A stretch of 64,000 nucleotides of DNA from positions 2,243,518 through 2,307,517 of the forward strand of contig MU053810.1 in assembly GCA_013239625.1 (NCBI GenBank), given 5' to 3'. This DNA is from Lama guanicoe. Its lineage: Eukaryota. Shown one piece after another: positions 47,988 through 60,439 of this stretch (its first letter is position 1; each line of letters opens with the position of its first letter). The notes beneath the pieces were generated by a model, which was not told the DNA's origin, searched no databases, and worked only from the letters and a program-made list of their open reading frames with translations. A program made the position numbers and the translations under genes.

Positions 47988-50900
47988 GATTCCTCCTGCA
48001 GCCCACAAGCTCTTAGCTCTGAAATTTTCTCTTCCACCTGATAAGCATTATACATTAATTTTGATTAACAAAAACAAACGGCTTTCACAGACAGGCTTGG
48101 CTTTTACTTAGAAAATTAAACCACATGAAAAGTAGAAGTAGTTCACTCCATTGAAGCATTTAATTAAGTTTTCAGAGGAAGACTTCACCTTTCTGGTTCA
48201 AAAATAACACTTCCCAGGAAATGAAGGCGGGTGGTGGAGGGGACTGCTCTGTAAACAAACAAGAAAGGAATATGTTTTCACCAGTATCTTCCTATGACCT
48301 ATTTACACCACTTCTACTAAAGATTTAAACCTGACAGTAGTTCTCTTTCCCGAATGCAGTCAAGTTTGCATCTCAGAAAGGGTCTGAGATTAGCGCTCAG
48401 CAGGAGCCTTTCCTCACCGTCGGGTGCTTCACATCCAACAGACGGTGGAGACATTTTTGATGCTTTTCTTCTTTCAGTAAAATGAAGCAACACCAACCAG
48501 TTGTCAATCTACAAAAAGATAGCACTTGACATTGACTAATTTAGAAGCAGCCTTGTCATAATTTTGAAAGGCTGCAATCCTAAAAAATCCAAGATCTCCA
48601 AGTGTGCTTTCTATGCACAATGAACAGGATAATTAGCTCCTTTCCTTGAATACTTAACTTCCCCATTTAGGAGGGACAACTGCTGGATATCAGTCTCCAA
48701 ACTTTAATTTTCTCTTTAACAAAATAACATGCACGTGACTCATATCTGTGCATAGAGACACACATACATGACTAAAGGAATAATTCATTTATAAGCCAGA
48801 TTTTCTTTTTATTCAAAAAGATGGGACTATTGTAGACGGAAATATTTTAAGACCATTGCCTTTCCTACTGGGAGGGCTGCAAATAAATGTTGCAACTGTC
48901 ACTCTCAGTAAAATATCTGCCAAGCCAGAACACTAGGTCTCCCAAACCTTCATTCCAGCAACAAGTAGTGATTAGGTATCTAATAACAACGTTGCTATAT
49001 TTATTCAACATAGATGCATCAGACTACGTAATCATAACCATATTATTATGTACCTGCTTTCTATTATCACCAAATTCCATAAAATAAAAACAGTTGCTGA
49101 AGTTAAGGGTGGGAGGAGAGAACTGTAAAGTGAGTTACACATACCTCTACCCACCAGTCTTTATCCACAACAGGATTGCCACTCCCTGAAGCTACCATCT
49201 ATAGAACTGTTTTAAAACAAGGTAGGAGATGTCTTTAAACAGAAAGCTAAGGTTGAATAACATGATTGTTGACCAATGTCTGCTAAATAATGCTCCACGG
49301 AATGTAGATTCCATGGGACGCTAACAAATTGTTGTTCAAAATAAAGGAGGACACTGTGTCATCAGAAAACATTTGGATCAACAGAAAGAAACAGGACCTT
49401 TACATCAGGACTGCTCAGACTCAGCGCTCTTTGGCCAAGAGCGTCTCCCACAACTGCTGCTCCTCAGAACATATCTGGAGAAATGCTCATTTGTGCAGCA
49501 CCTTAGTCTAAGTATGTAGATTGGAAAGGAAAGCTTAAAAGAATAGAAAATGAATTCACAAGACGGTCCACAGAGTCTTTCCTCAGCACTGAGATTTCCA
49601 GCTGGAAGCATCTGTTTTTGACTTTCTTTGAGTGTGCACTCTGCCTGACGGCTGGATGGCCAACACTGATCCACCCTTTCAGGCCCTATTCAGAGCCCCT
49701 GGTCCATAAACCTTTCTCTGTCCTCCCAGCCACATACTCAAAGCATCATTAGTGCAACTCACTCGGGACAACCCATGGTACTGACATCTGTGTCCATGCC
49801 TGTTATCCCTAACTGCCTCTACGTTCCCCAGGGAGAGGAGAGGAAAGTGCTGAATGAATAGATGAGTGACTAAAAGGCTGCTTACCTGAAAGAGTGACAC
49901 AGGAAATAGCTCAGTGGAAACAGGTAGAAATAAAAAGGTGTAACTGACTCAAAATAGACATTCTCAGAAGAATGTTAATTACAGATCACTTTGCTAAAAT
50001 GGAAATTAAGCTTTTTTATTCCAATATATCTGGATTCTTACAGGCTTTTATAAATTGTTAAAATTAAAACTGTATGTTTAAAATTCTTTGAAATTATTAC
50101 TTTCACTCTGTATCGCTTGTTTAAAGTCAGTAACCTTTTTTATGGTTTCTGAATTGTAGGCAATACTACAGTAAATTAATACAATCCAAAAATTTATGCT
50201 CCGAGATTGACCACTCAACTATTGAACAAATCATAATTCACGGGAAAATTCAATTTACACATTTAAAGAAAGTATTGGACTTCTTTTAGGTGTCACAACC
50301 CTAGTTTTGCAGCACTAACTGCTAAAAACTACAAACCCAGCCCAAAATGCTATCAATATCAGTACAACACTTTTCTTTCCAGTTCACAATAAATTTATTT
50401 TACATAAAAGAAAAAGCTTGCCGTTAATGAAGAACTCAGCAGAAAGGCAAACACAGAAAAGAACAAAAAAAGAAGTGAATATGTAACCTCTTAGAAAATA
50501 AACCCTCTTTGGCCAAGAAATAAAGGCAGACATGTGACTTTTCATTTGCTTCCTGCTTTAAAAAAAAAAATTGTATTCTTTAGTGCCAAGTTATAACCTA
50601 ATTTCAATATTTTTATCATTTGCTACTTTCTCTTAATAATTAAAGGGGAACATGTCTAATGTGGATGGGGAAAAGTAAACATACAGTTTTAGTCCATCTT
50701 TCATAGTTTTATATTTTCAAGGAAGCATGATTTACATAGTAAACATTTTATGCATATGTCTCTGCCAAGCAGCCTTTTCAAATACACTAGAAGTTGATCA
50801 CTAATGACATCCTGATAATGAAAAAAGCCACAAATATAAAGTGTGGGGAAAAGCAGATCATATATTTAGTCACTTCTACTCAATACTTTCAGTTAAAATA

Positions 50901-51439
50901 TATATACATTTTATATATATATATACATGTCTTGCTGATTTCCTCAGGAGCAAAAACAAAAGATTGTAGCAAATTATGCACATTGACTATGGTCATGGAC
51001 AAAGCGAAGACTGAGACATCCCTTGTCAAAATTTCTGCCAATACTCGACCAAATCACGTCCTACCTGGGAGCTCTATGCCCAAGGATAGTATCCAGTCAG
51101 GCACCCGGTATGAGAAATGGCGCAGAAGGCAATAAAAACATCTATCAGACTCTGCAATGTTTTAGTTATTTCAAAAGAAGTCTCTATCAATAATAAACTC
51201 ACATTTTTCTGAAGCTCATTCCATAACAGATCTCTTTGTACCTAATACCTCCCCAAACGAACTTATAAAAAGAACTGGGCTTTTTCTAAATATACTCTTC
51301 TTTACCCACAAATAAATTAAGATAGAGATAAAATAAATACTGGCTACATACATAGTAGGGACCAAACAATGTACTGAAATTCTATGGAAATCTGGTCCCT
51401 ACAATAACCTAAGCAACTATTATATGAATCAGAAGAGAC

Positions 51440-51610
51440 ACGTCTTAATTCTCTGTGACCTTGACCAAGTCACTTTATCTCAAGAGGCGCCCTTCCTCAT
51501 ATTGTAAAAAGGGATCGTAGTAACTTTCCCACATGCCTGCCTGACGCTGTCAAAGGCCGTGCGATGAAGTAAATCATGAAAGGGTATATAAATTTCAAGT
51601 ATTATTCACT
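51440..51610 (+). mobile_element. MIR SINE fragment
   Basis: ctgtgaccttgaccaagtcactttatctc...ttcctcatattgtaaaaagggat. Confidence 0.55.
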
Positions 51611-52231
51611 TTGCCAAGAGGGCCACCTTTATCCCACAAAGATACTGCCATATAGCTCATAAGCTTCCTTTCTTTGTGGGACATGAAAGTATCAGAGAAT
51701 ATTTATACAACTGATAAATTCAGAATCTACTCAACAAAAGACTCCTGTGTGTCACAATATCAACACTTTTCAGTGCAAAGTGAGCAGCCTTCCAGGATAA
51801 AAATTTCCGCTGTGGCAACTTCCCCAAGAGGAACATCCCGCACTGGGTCCTCACAGCCGCCCTTGTCATTGGCACAGGCACTTGCAATCTTGCTGAAAGA
51901 GCTGGTAGCCCATCAGTCACCGTGACAGCCCCACGCTCCAGATCAATGTAATTTGTTTATTGACTTCTGAATACCAAATTTCTCCGAGGAGAGTCACAGA
52001 TCCCCGACATGCGGGGAAAACATGTAAATACAGACGCACCCTGACAGCTCCTGATGGCTGCCACTCAGACTATCTCCCAGAGTGCACTGCTTCCTTCCGA
52101 GGCCACTCTGCCCTTACACATGAGAAATTTCCTCCCGGGGGAGGGTGGGAATAGATAATCAAAGGTAAACAATAGATTCAGTGTCACATGAGTTTTAAAA
52201 ACACCAAAGTGGTAAAGATATAAATCGTTAC

Positions 52232-52610
52232 TGCATTAGTCAGAGGGGGAAAAAAAACAGGATGTGTATACATATAGACAGAAAGAGAGAGAGAGAGATT
52301 TTAAGGAATTGGCTAACATGATTCTAGAGGCTGGCAAATCTGAAATCTGAAGGCCAGTCCAGCAGGCTGGAGCCCTAGGGAAGTGCGGAATGTTGCAGCA
52401 GGAGCCAGAAGGCAGCAAAGAGGCAGAATTCCTCCTGCTTGGGGAGATTCCCTACATGGGGAAGGAACTCAGTCACCAGCTGACTGTCACCAGTGAGGCG
52501 CCTGCATACAGGGCTCTCTGTATACAGGGCTAAATCCACAGAGATGCTTGAACCAAGATTAAATGGCACTGTCTTGAAAGAGTATGGCTAACCCAGTGAA
52601 ATTACCCACA
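52232..52610 (-). mobile_element. ERVL solo LTR, MLT2-like
   Basis: tgcattagtcag...gagattttaaggaattggctaacatgattctagaggctggcaaatctgaaatctg...caggctggag...gaggcagaattcctcct. Confidence 0.8.
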
Positions 52611-52989
52611 ATTCTGTTTTCCAGAATGGGTCCTGCTAGCCCACGTCTGTGGAAAAGCCACCTCCTCAAATCCTGCGTGAGCTGGAGCCACAGGTGAACA
52701 CAGCAGCACCGGCATTAAATGCAGACAGGAAATGCTCAAGACCCATCTGCTCTGGCCTCATTCCCTGATGACCACAGTAAAGGACGGGGGTCACCATAAA
52801 ACATCCACTGACAACATTCTTCACCCCCAACCACCCTGACCATGTACAATACAAGATCTGTAGTTTGGAGACTCCTAACAAGGAAAAAAAGAGGATGAGA
52901 TGTTATGCTATCTTCTTGCTTATAATCTCACATCCCACTTTTTTTAAAATCATGGATATCTTTCTAAGTGTTTTCTGCGTGTCTGTGAG

Positions 52990-53125
52990 CATACACACAA
53001 ACTCACCAAAGTCTGGAAGGAAACACACAAAAATATTATCAATGATTGTTTCCGGATGATGGGCATTTCAGGAAGTTTTTTTTTTTCTTCTCTGTTCCTT
53101 TATATTGTTTAAAACATTTATAATG
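52990..53125 (+). mobile_element. ancient L1ME 3' end fragment
   Basis: aaagtctggaaggaaacacacaaaaatattatcaatgattgtttccgg...tttaaaacatttataatgagcat. Confidence 0.55.
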
Positions 53126-54804
53126 AGCATCAATAGTTGGGGGGAGGAGAGTAGAGCTGTTTTCACGTTTCAAATATAAAAATCAGCTATTCCCTTGGAT
53201 TCTTTGTAAGCCTCATCCAGCAGTCTCTTAGTATAACAATTCCCAGGGAAGTATGCAAATCGAACATTTAGCAGTTCATTTTTAAAGGTGTCCCTGAGAC
53301 TTGAGCGAAACCAATGAGGGCTGTGCATGAGTATGACAATGTAAAACTCAACAAATATGCCTAAACCCTCAGGAGATCAGGGCAAAGGGAGCAAACAGGA
53401 AAAAAGGGAAATTTTTGCTAAATTTTTTTTCAAAAGAGCATCTAACGAACTTGTCATAAGACAGTGCTGTGACAAATGAGCTAGAAATGTCACAAAAGTG
53501 GTTTTGAATCCACTGACAGTTTTTCTTTTTTATGCTGGTTTTGGTTTTCTGTTGGTTCTTACTGTTATTACCATTAACAAGAAAACAAAAAGTGCCAGCT
53601 AAGGCAGAGTCAGGTTGGCTATGTTCAGCGGCTATTTTTCCCAGCTGGTTGTATGACATGTAGGTGACTCTTGCAGGCACTGTCCTGAATCCTCCAAGTC
53701 ATGGTCAGCCTCAAGCATTGGCCCAGCACAGCAATCCATTCTGCAGGGCACTTGGGCAGCTGCACTCAGTCTTAGGACAGTGGTCAGTGGCCAGAATATT
53801 GTTCTTCCCTGGCTCAAGAACAAGCTTTTTCTGTTTTCTTTGAAATGTGAGAGATTCAATGACTTGTTTAAAAGTCCTTTTCACTTCACATTTTTTATTT
53901 AAATTAGGTGAAAAGAAGGACCACAGCACAAAATGTTCTAAGAATTTTGGGAAACTATGAAAAATACCAAACTCTGACTGAGATCCCTATTAATGCCATT
54001 TCAATTAATTGGATTTTATTGAAATTCTGGATTAAAAGAAACATATGACTTGGCATTTACTCCAAGGTATACAGTACTATTTTGGTACCAAAGGAAAAAA
54101 AAAAAGCCCAAGTGTTCCAAGGTCATGACACCTAAGAGTTAATTATCCAGGCACTGCAAGATAAGTGCTATATAAACACACAGACAGACATAGATATCTT
54201 AGTGTTAATCTTATAAAATGAAGTTGTTTTTAAAGAATTCTTACTCCTGGGCTGAAAATACAAATGAATGAAGTTTCTGTTACTTTTTTAAAGGAGATAA
54301 ACTTCTGCAATGATGCTGAAAATGTATCTGGTTAATTTCAAAATCAGTATAGATGATTCTATCTGGAGAAGTCATTGGTGCTGAGAGATTTCTTTAAGCT
54401 TCTGCTATGAAAAACTTTTCCAATCATGCACTTCCTTAATTTCATCAGAAGCACTGTAACAAGTTACAAACTTGAGCTTAGAGTAAGAAAATAGAAAGAG
54501 CCCAAGTAAATCTTTTAAAATCCATAATTTCAGGAAAAATATCTACGGTTTTGAGGACTGGTAAGAATTCTCTGAGACCTCAAGAAATATTATAAAAAGG
54601 GCAATGTTCAGTTCACAATAAGTTTTTAAATCTGCTAATTCACATACCAAAGGAAGCAGGGCCGGGATAGGGGGCTCTGGTGTTAAAGTGACAGCTCTTT
54701 TAATTTTGATGTCAATGCTGTTGAGGCACAAAGTGATCATGCGACATATATGAAAATCCACTCACCTGCCTCACTCGCTTAAAGTGACCATCATCCATCT
54801 AACT

Positions 54805-54975
54805 GCTCCTGGCTTTCCCACCACCAGCTCTGGCACCTGAGCATGTTATTTAACCTCTCTGTGTCTCAGTTCACTTCAGTCGGTACCTCACAGAGTTGTT
54901 ATGAGGATGATATGAATTAATATTTATAAAGTGCTTCAAGCAGGTCTGGCACATGGTACACGGTTTGGGTTAATA
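54805..54975 (+). mobile_element. MIR SINE
   Basis: gttatttaacctctctgtgtctcagtt...gtacctcacagagttgttatgaggat...tataaagtgctt...tctggcacatggta. Confidence 0.75.
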
Positions 54976-56046
54976 AACTACAATTTACACAACAGCTTCC
55001 ACCATCCAACTCTATGATGAGTCTACTGTCCAAATGATCTGACCAAATTAGCCCCCAAAGTAGCCACAATTCCTGTAAGATTGTTGCAGGAGCTCCCAGA
55101 TGAGAATGAAAAGAAACTACCCAAAAGGACTCAAAATAGATGCACCACAGTGACACACACAGGTCAGCCGGAGTAGCTTGGCCTCAGGCTGCCCTGCGGC
55201 TACACAGACAAATGCTTTGTTTGTCCTGAGGCTCAGTTGTCTCTGGATGATTTATCAAAATGCAGACCAACGAACCATGTTCAAAATGCCCTGCATGAAC
55301 ACTGGGGCTGAGCTGGATGGGCGGCTTGCATGCACTGAGCGCCGACACGGGCTAGACACTCCATAAGACACCTCGGCATCATGACGTCAGGCTGACCGTC
55401 TGTCCTTCGCAGTGGACACCATTTTACCATCATAAAGTCAGTGAGTGGTGGGGCCAGCGCTCACACCACGATCCCTGTTTGGACTTTATCCTACCCAGTG
55501 TTCCCTTCTGTTCATAAAAACTAGCACAGAATACTTCAGAGAGGAAGGGGAAATTTACTCAATTCTTGAATCCAATGTTTCCCAAATTTGTGCACATTTC
55601 AATACTAAAAACTAGATATGCAAAGAGGACTGTGGCAATTGTCCTCCAGGCACTTCCAAAGTGGTAGGGGAAAACAATCTGAAGCAGCAGGAACAAGTCG
55701 ATGCTGCTGGTGGAAAAATAAGTTAGCACAACCCACACTGGAAAATGAAATGGCATCACACTCAGCAATGCTGGAAACACGAACACAGACCTGGCAGTTC
55801 CACTCCCAGGTAGACCCTCTAGACGGGCACTCTTCCACATTTACACCCACACTGTCATATCAAAAAACTGGACACACTGTACACTGGAACACTGGACAAC
55901 AGTGAAAGTCACAGCACTGATGTGCCTACAGCAGCATGAGTGACCCCCAAAAGCACAATACTGAGTGAAATAAAGCAAGTCATGAGAATGCATGCAGTTT
56001 TGTTCCACTAGTACAGGGTTCAAGAAGACATACAACCAAGAAATAA

Positions 56047-56179
56047 GGGGGGAGGGTATAGCTCAGTGGTAGAGTGCATGCTTAGCATGCATGAGGCCCT
56101 GGGTTCAGTCCCCAGTCCCTCCATTAAAAATAAATAAGTAAATAAATAAGCCTAATTACCTGCCTCCCACCAAAAAAAA
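56047..56179 (+). mobile_element. tRNA(Ala)-derived camelid-type SINE (Vic-1-like)
   Basis: ggggagggtatagctcagtggtagagtgcatgcttagcatgcatgaggccctgggttcagtccccag...ccattaaaaa...cctaattacc...A-tail. Confidence 0.92.
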
Positions 56180-56296
56180 CAAGAAGTGTCTTTTTATGGA
56201 ATCATCCACATGCTACAGAAGAAAGCAAGTAAATTATAAACACAAAGTATAGGCTGGCAGTTACTCCACGACGGAGAGGAATGTGGTTAAGGAGAG

Positions 56297-56642
56297 TGTT
56301 ATGGACTAAATGTTTAGGTCCTCCCCAATTCACATGCTGAAATCCCAGCCCCCAGTTTGATGGTTACAGGAGGTGGGGCGGCTGGGGGGTGCTTAGGTCA
56401 GGAGCCTTCATGAAAGGGATCAGTGTCCTGATAAAAGAGGCCCCAGAGAGCTCCCCTATCCCTTCTGCCTCGTGAGGGCAAAGCCAGAAGACAGCTATGA
56501 ACCAGGAAGTGAAGCTCACTAGACACCTGCCGGCTTCTTGCTCTTGGACTTCCCAGCATCCAAACTGTGAGAAATAAATGTTTGTCATTTAAGCCACCCA
56601 GGATATGATACTTTTGTGACAGCAGCCGAATGGACTGAGACA
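56297..56642 (+). mobile_element. ERVL-MaLR solo LTR, MLT1A-like
   Basis: TG...CA ends (tgttatggactaaatgttt...gcagccgaatggactgagaca); homologous to 5033-5381. Confidence 0.9.
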
Positions 56643-57418
56643 AAGGGCTCCATGCAGTACTGGCCGCCTTTTTCTTAAGCTCAGCAGCAGGTATACAGAT
56701 GCTAATTTTATGATTCTATAAAATGCCCATAAAATGTATAGTCTTCTGCACATGTATATTTTTTCTAAAATAAAGTATTGTTAAAACAAGTAGGAAAGAT
56801 GAACTTTATTCATTGCTAAAAGCAAAATAGTCATATACACAAATAGCTACAAAATAAGACAAAATAAGAGCAGACATTCCCTGAGTGTCTATGTGCCACG
56901 TCCATGCTGGGGACTTTCACATAAGTAATTTCTTTCTTTTGTTTTTTTACTTATAGTAATTTCATTTTTAAAAGCACAAAGGTTATATGTGGTTTCAGAG
57001 AAAAGAGAGATGACACTGGCAGGAAGACAATTTCCTGAAGACGGTGGACCTCTGACTCTTGCCGTAAGACTGGGTGATGCGTCTGAGTGAGTAGCAATGG
57101 GGAGACTGGGCATCTCGGGGAGAGAAAGCAACACTTCCAGAGAGGGCAGCAGAGGGGCACCGGGCATGTCCAAAAAGCGTCAGAAAGTCCACTTTGGATC
57201 CTTGTCTGTTGGATCTTGTACAGAGTTAAGACAAGACTAAGAGATTCAGGTTACTACGAACTGGTTCCCAAATCTAAGATCTGTTAAGAGTCTGGATGAC
57301 CCCAATAGGCTATGAACTCCCCAAGCCTGAGTTCCGAGTAAGACTCTGAGAAATGCAGGTACTATTAATTTATTCATAACAAAATACGACATGAAAAGAA
57401 TGTTTAAAACTAGACTTG

Positions 57419-57568
57419 GGTTTTTGGGGGGGGTGGTTTATGGATAGACAGTCTTTTTTGTTTGTTTTTTTGTTTTGTTTTTTGTTTTTAATGGAGGTAC
57501 AGGGGATTGAATCCAGGACCTCGTGCACGCTAAGCATGCACTCCACCACTGAGCTACACCCCTCTCCC
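57419..57568 (-). mobile_element. tRNA(Ala)-derived camelid-type SINE (Vic-1-like)
   Basis: tggaggtacaggggattgaatccaggacctcgtgcacgctaagcatgcactccaccactgagctacaccc; TSD aaaactaga[c/t]ttg at 57406-57418 and 57569-57581. Confidence 0.92.
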
Positions 57569-58071
57569 AAAACTAGATTTGTTATGCTTCTCCAAACTTC
57601 TTCAGTAAATCAAACAGTCTTGAACGTCAACTTACTCCATTGCCAAAAGGGAAAAAGTTCTGACTTTAAATCTATTTTTACTGGAAGATACATCAATTAA
57701 CTAAAAACAAGACAAACTTCAGGACATTTTTACAGTCAACCGCAATCGGTTTTGTGTGTTTTCTCAGAAATATGACTAAAAACAGCTACTATCAAAATGA
57801 GTAACATTCATTCTAGACGCTTTGGGACCTGGCTACCAGTGCCACAATCCATCAGCTCCTCCCAGTCTAGTCTGGTCAAGAGCCAGGGTTCATTCAAATG
57901 TGTTAGACTTGTCTCCTTTCTTTCTGCCTGTCATTCTGACAGCAGCACACTCTCTCTGCTCCAGAAGAACACACAGACGATCCATCCTGCTCTTCTGGGC
58001 TTTTGGAAGGTGCTTTAGCTAAAACGTGGCATTCCACAACTCTACCAGATGAAGTTGCACTGCAAGTTTTA

Positions 58072-58170
58072 TTTTCTTTCTCTTTTTTTTAATGGGAGTA
58101 TTGGGGACTGAACCCAGGACCGTATGCATGCTAAGCATGAGCTGTACCACTGAGCTCTACCCAACCCCCT
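58072..58170 (-). mobile_element. tRNA(Ala)-derived camelid-type SINE, short-tail form
   Basis: ggggactgaacccaggaccgtatgcatgctaagcatgagctgtaccactgagctctaccc; perfect TSD cactgcaagtttta at 58058-58071 and 58171-58184. Confidence 0.92.
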
Positions 58171-58325
58171 CACTGCAAGTTTTAAAGTAACCAAACAAAA
58201 ATAATTTCAAACACACACAAAACAGCTCACTTACAAAGATGAGGCTTTAAAATATGGGGAAAGAGAGGAGGGAAAAAGAAGGGGGGAAAACTATCTATTG
58301 TAACATTTCATATTAGGGAAACTAC

Positions 58326-58421
58326 AAGCCAAAAACTTCTGTGGAAACAATGAAGAATGCATTAAGTTTTATAAAGCCAAAAACTTCTTCGGAAACAGTG
58401 AAGCATGCAGTAAGTTTTATA
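58326..58421. repeat. 48-bp tandem duplication (2 copies, 5 mismatches)
   Basis: aagccaaaaacttct...gcattaagttttata (58326-58373) is repeated at 58374-58421. Confidence 0.9.
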
Positions 58422-60309
58422 ATGCATTTTAAAAATAACTTCTAAAAAAAACAACATTATTTTATGGCATGCTTATCAAATGCAACATTAAGCACAAAAT
58501 TATCTCAGTCAAAAACCCTGAACTAAACTTTCCTAAAACTTCACAAAACTATTATAATATCAGAGTTGCATCTAAAGATTTACAATTTCAAAGGAACTTT
58601 TAAAAAAAAAGTTCAAACATCCTTTAAGTGACTGCCAAACTGTCAGTTGTTCTAGACCTGATTTGGTTCATTTTGGAACCCAAGATTTCCTTACCTATGG
58701 GTGTCAAACATTTGGACCAAGACTCAGATGCCCTGGGTTTTAGGCTTACTCCCTGCGCTTACCAGCTGGGTGTAAGTCACAACTGGTAAGCACAGGACCT
58801 AAGCCTAAAACCCAGGGCATCTGAACTTGGCAGGTCAAAGGTGCTAAGCCTTGATGTTCTCTCCTAGTCTGCTGATAGATAGGGTGTTTATAAGGATAAA
58901 AGAGATGGATATAAATGTAAAAATTGTAAGTTATTATTAAGTATTTCAAAGATCACATATTGGAAAAGCCCCACTATCGTGTTGCCCCATTCACCATGCT
59001 TACCGCCGACCGCCACGCCCAGCCATCAGGAGTAAGCCCCCTGGGCCCACAGCAGGACACCTGCGCCTGCATCTGTGGTCACTCTTACTGCAAAGGACGC
59101 ATTACAAATGCTACCCGCCGGACTGTCAGCCCCACCAGCCCCCGTGCCCCTCGAGTTCTGCATCTCCTGTGGTGGGCACTGAGAGACCCTCATCTGTGGG
59201 ATGTTGATGAGTGCCTCCGAGTAAAAAAGTCAACATTTGATTACCGCACAAGCAGAATACAAAATCCCAAGGCACTAAAAGGTACCAAATTTCCTTAGAC
59301 TAAACATTTAGATAAACTAGGGAAATACTTTCTGGTACTAAAAGGTGATTCAAATCCTTGCTGACCACTTCAAAATGGAAAGGGGGATAAATGTCCACTT
59401 GATAAATGCAAATCTCAGAGAGTATGGGATATAAAGCTTTAATAATCTCATATTTTCTACCGAATAATGTGCAGTCTGTATTCTCAAATTAACTTCAACA
59501 GGCAGTAAGGCATAATTCCCCCTGTGCTGGCCAAACATCATTCACACCAAATCATTTTACTAAAACTGAAGTTAATTGCTGCTTTGATTAAAACTCTCCA
59601 CTGTCTCAATTTTTTTTCAGTCCTCTCACATTAGGAAAATGAAAGTGAACTGTAATCAACTTGAGAAAGAAAGTATGGCTCTCTTATTGGAAACTGCATA
59701 TTTTAAAATAAAAGTGAGTCCAAAGGCAATCACGTGAAGGTGATAACACCAACTTTCAATTCTGAGTGAACAAAATAAAACTGTACACTGGTGAGAGAAT
59801 CCAAACTGGAAGGTTTTCTTTGGAAGGGTATTAATGGAAATACTAGGTCACATTTTATGTTAATTCAATACAAAAAATTTTATATAACAGCATCTGGATA
59901 TTAGGACATTAAATTGTCATACAGCATTTGAGTCCCGCCAAGTACAAATATTTCAAGTCCCCATGACACACTCTTCACTCTACTGGGGTCTGATGAACGG
60001 TCATCTAAAAATAGCAGTGGAGATGCAGTCAGATCTCCCAGGCAATGCTGAAGAGGCGCCCTAAATGGCAGAAATTGTAGTTTAAAGAGACAGTAGAGCT
60101 TATTAGACAGTGAGCTGCTCAGAGTAAAGCACAGATGGAGAGCCACCATCCCTGCCGCACAACGTGGTCATATGCCATCTTAACTCATTCTTTGTGCACA
60201 TTAGTCAGCAGTCGTTATTCTAAACAAAAGGGATATTCCATACTCAGCTAATGGAGTAAAATACATCACAAGGCACAGAATTTTAGAGGGTCCTAGAGAT
60301 GATATGGAA

Positions 60310-60420
60310 CAGTGGTTCTCCACCTTGGGCAAGCACCAGAGTCTCCTGGAAGGCTTGCCCACACAGCTGTCTTCAGCGTGGCTGTTAGACTCCGCACCCT
60401 CTTGCTGACTCAGACATCGC
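60310..60420. mobile_element. MER5A-like hAT fragment
   Basis: cagtggttctccaccttgg...gcaccagagtctcctggaaggcttg. Confidence 0.5.
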
Positions 60421-60439
60421 TCTAGGAATTGCCCCCTTT

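Larger units (their letters stand above)
55660..56780 (+). mobile_element. ancient LINE-1 3' region interrupted by a SINE and an MLT1A LTR
   Basis: ctgctggtggaaa...cacactggaaaa...cagttccactcccaggta...caatactgagtgaaataaagcaagtca; similarity resumes after 56642. Confidence 0.6.

Noticed and set aside
56047..56123. tRNA-Ala(AGC)-like sequences here and at ~23670, 44735, 57492 and 58092
   Set aside because: They have extra 5' bases, stem mismatches, A-rich tails and (mostly) TSDs, so they are SINE copies rather than tRNA genes.
58326..58421. Direct repeats as a CRISPR-like or functional array
   Set aside because: Only two adjacent units with no spacers, in eukaryotic DNA; an ordinary tandem duplication.
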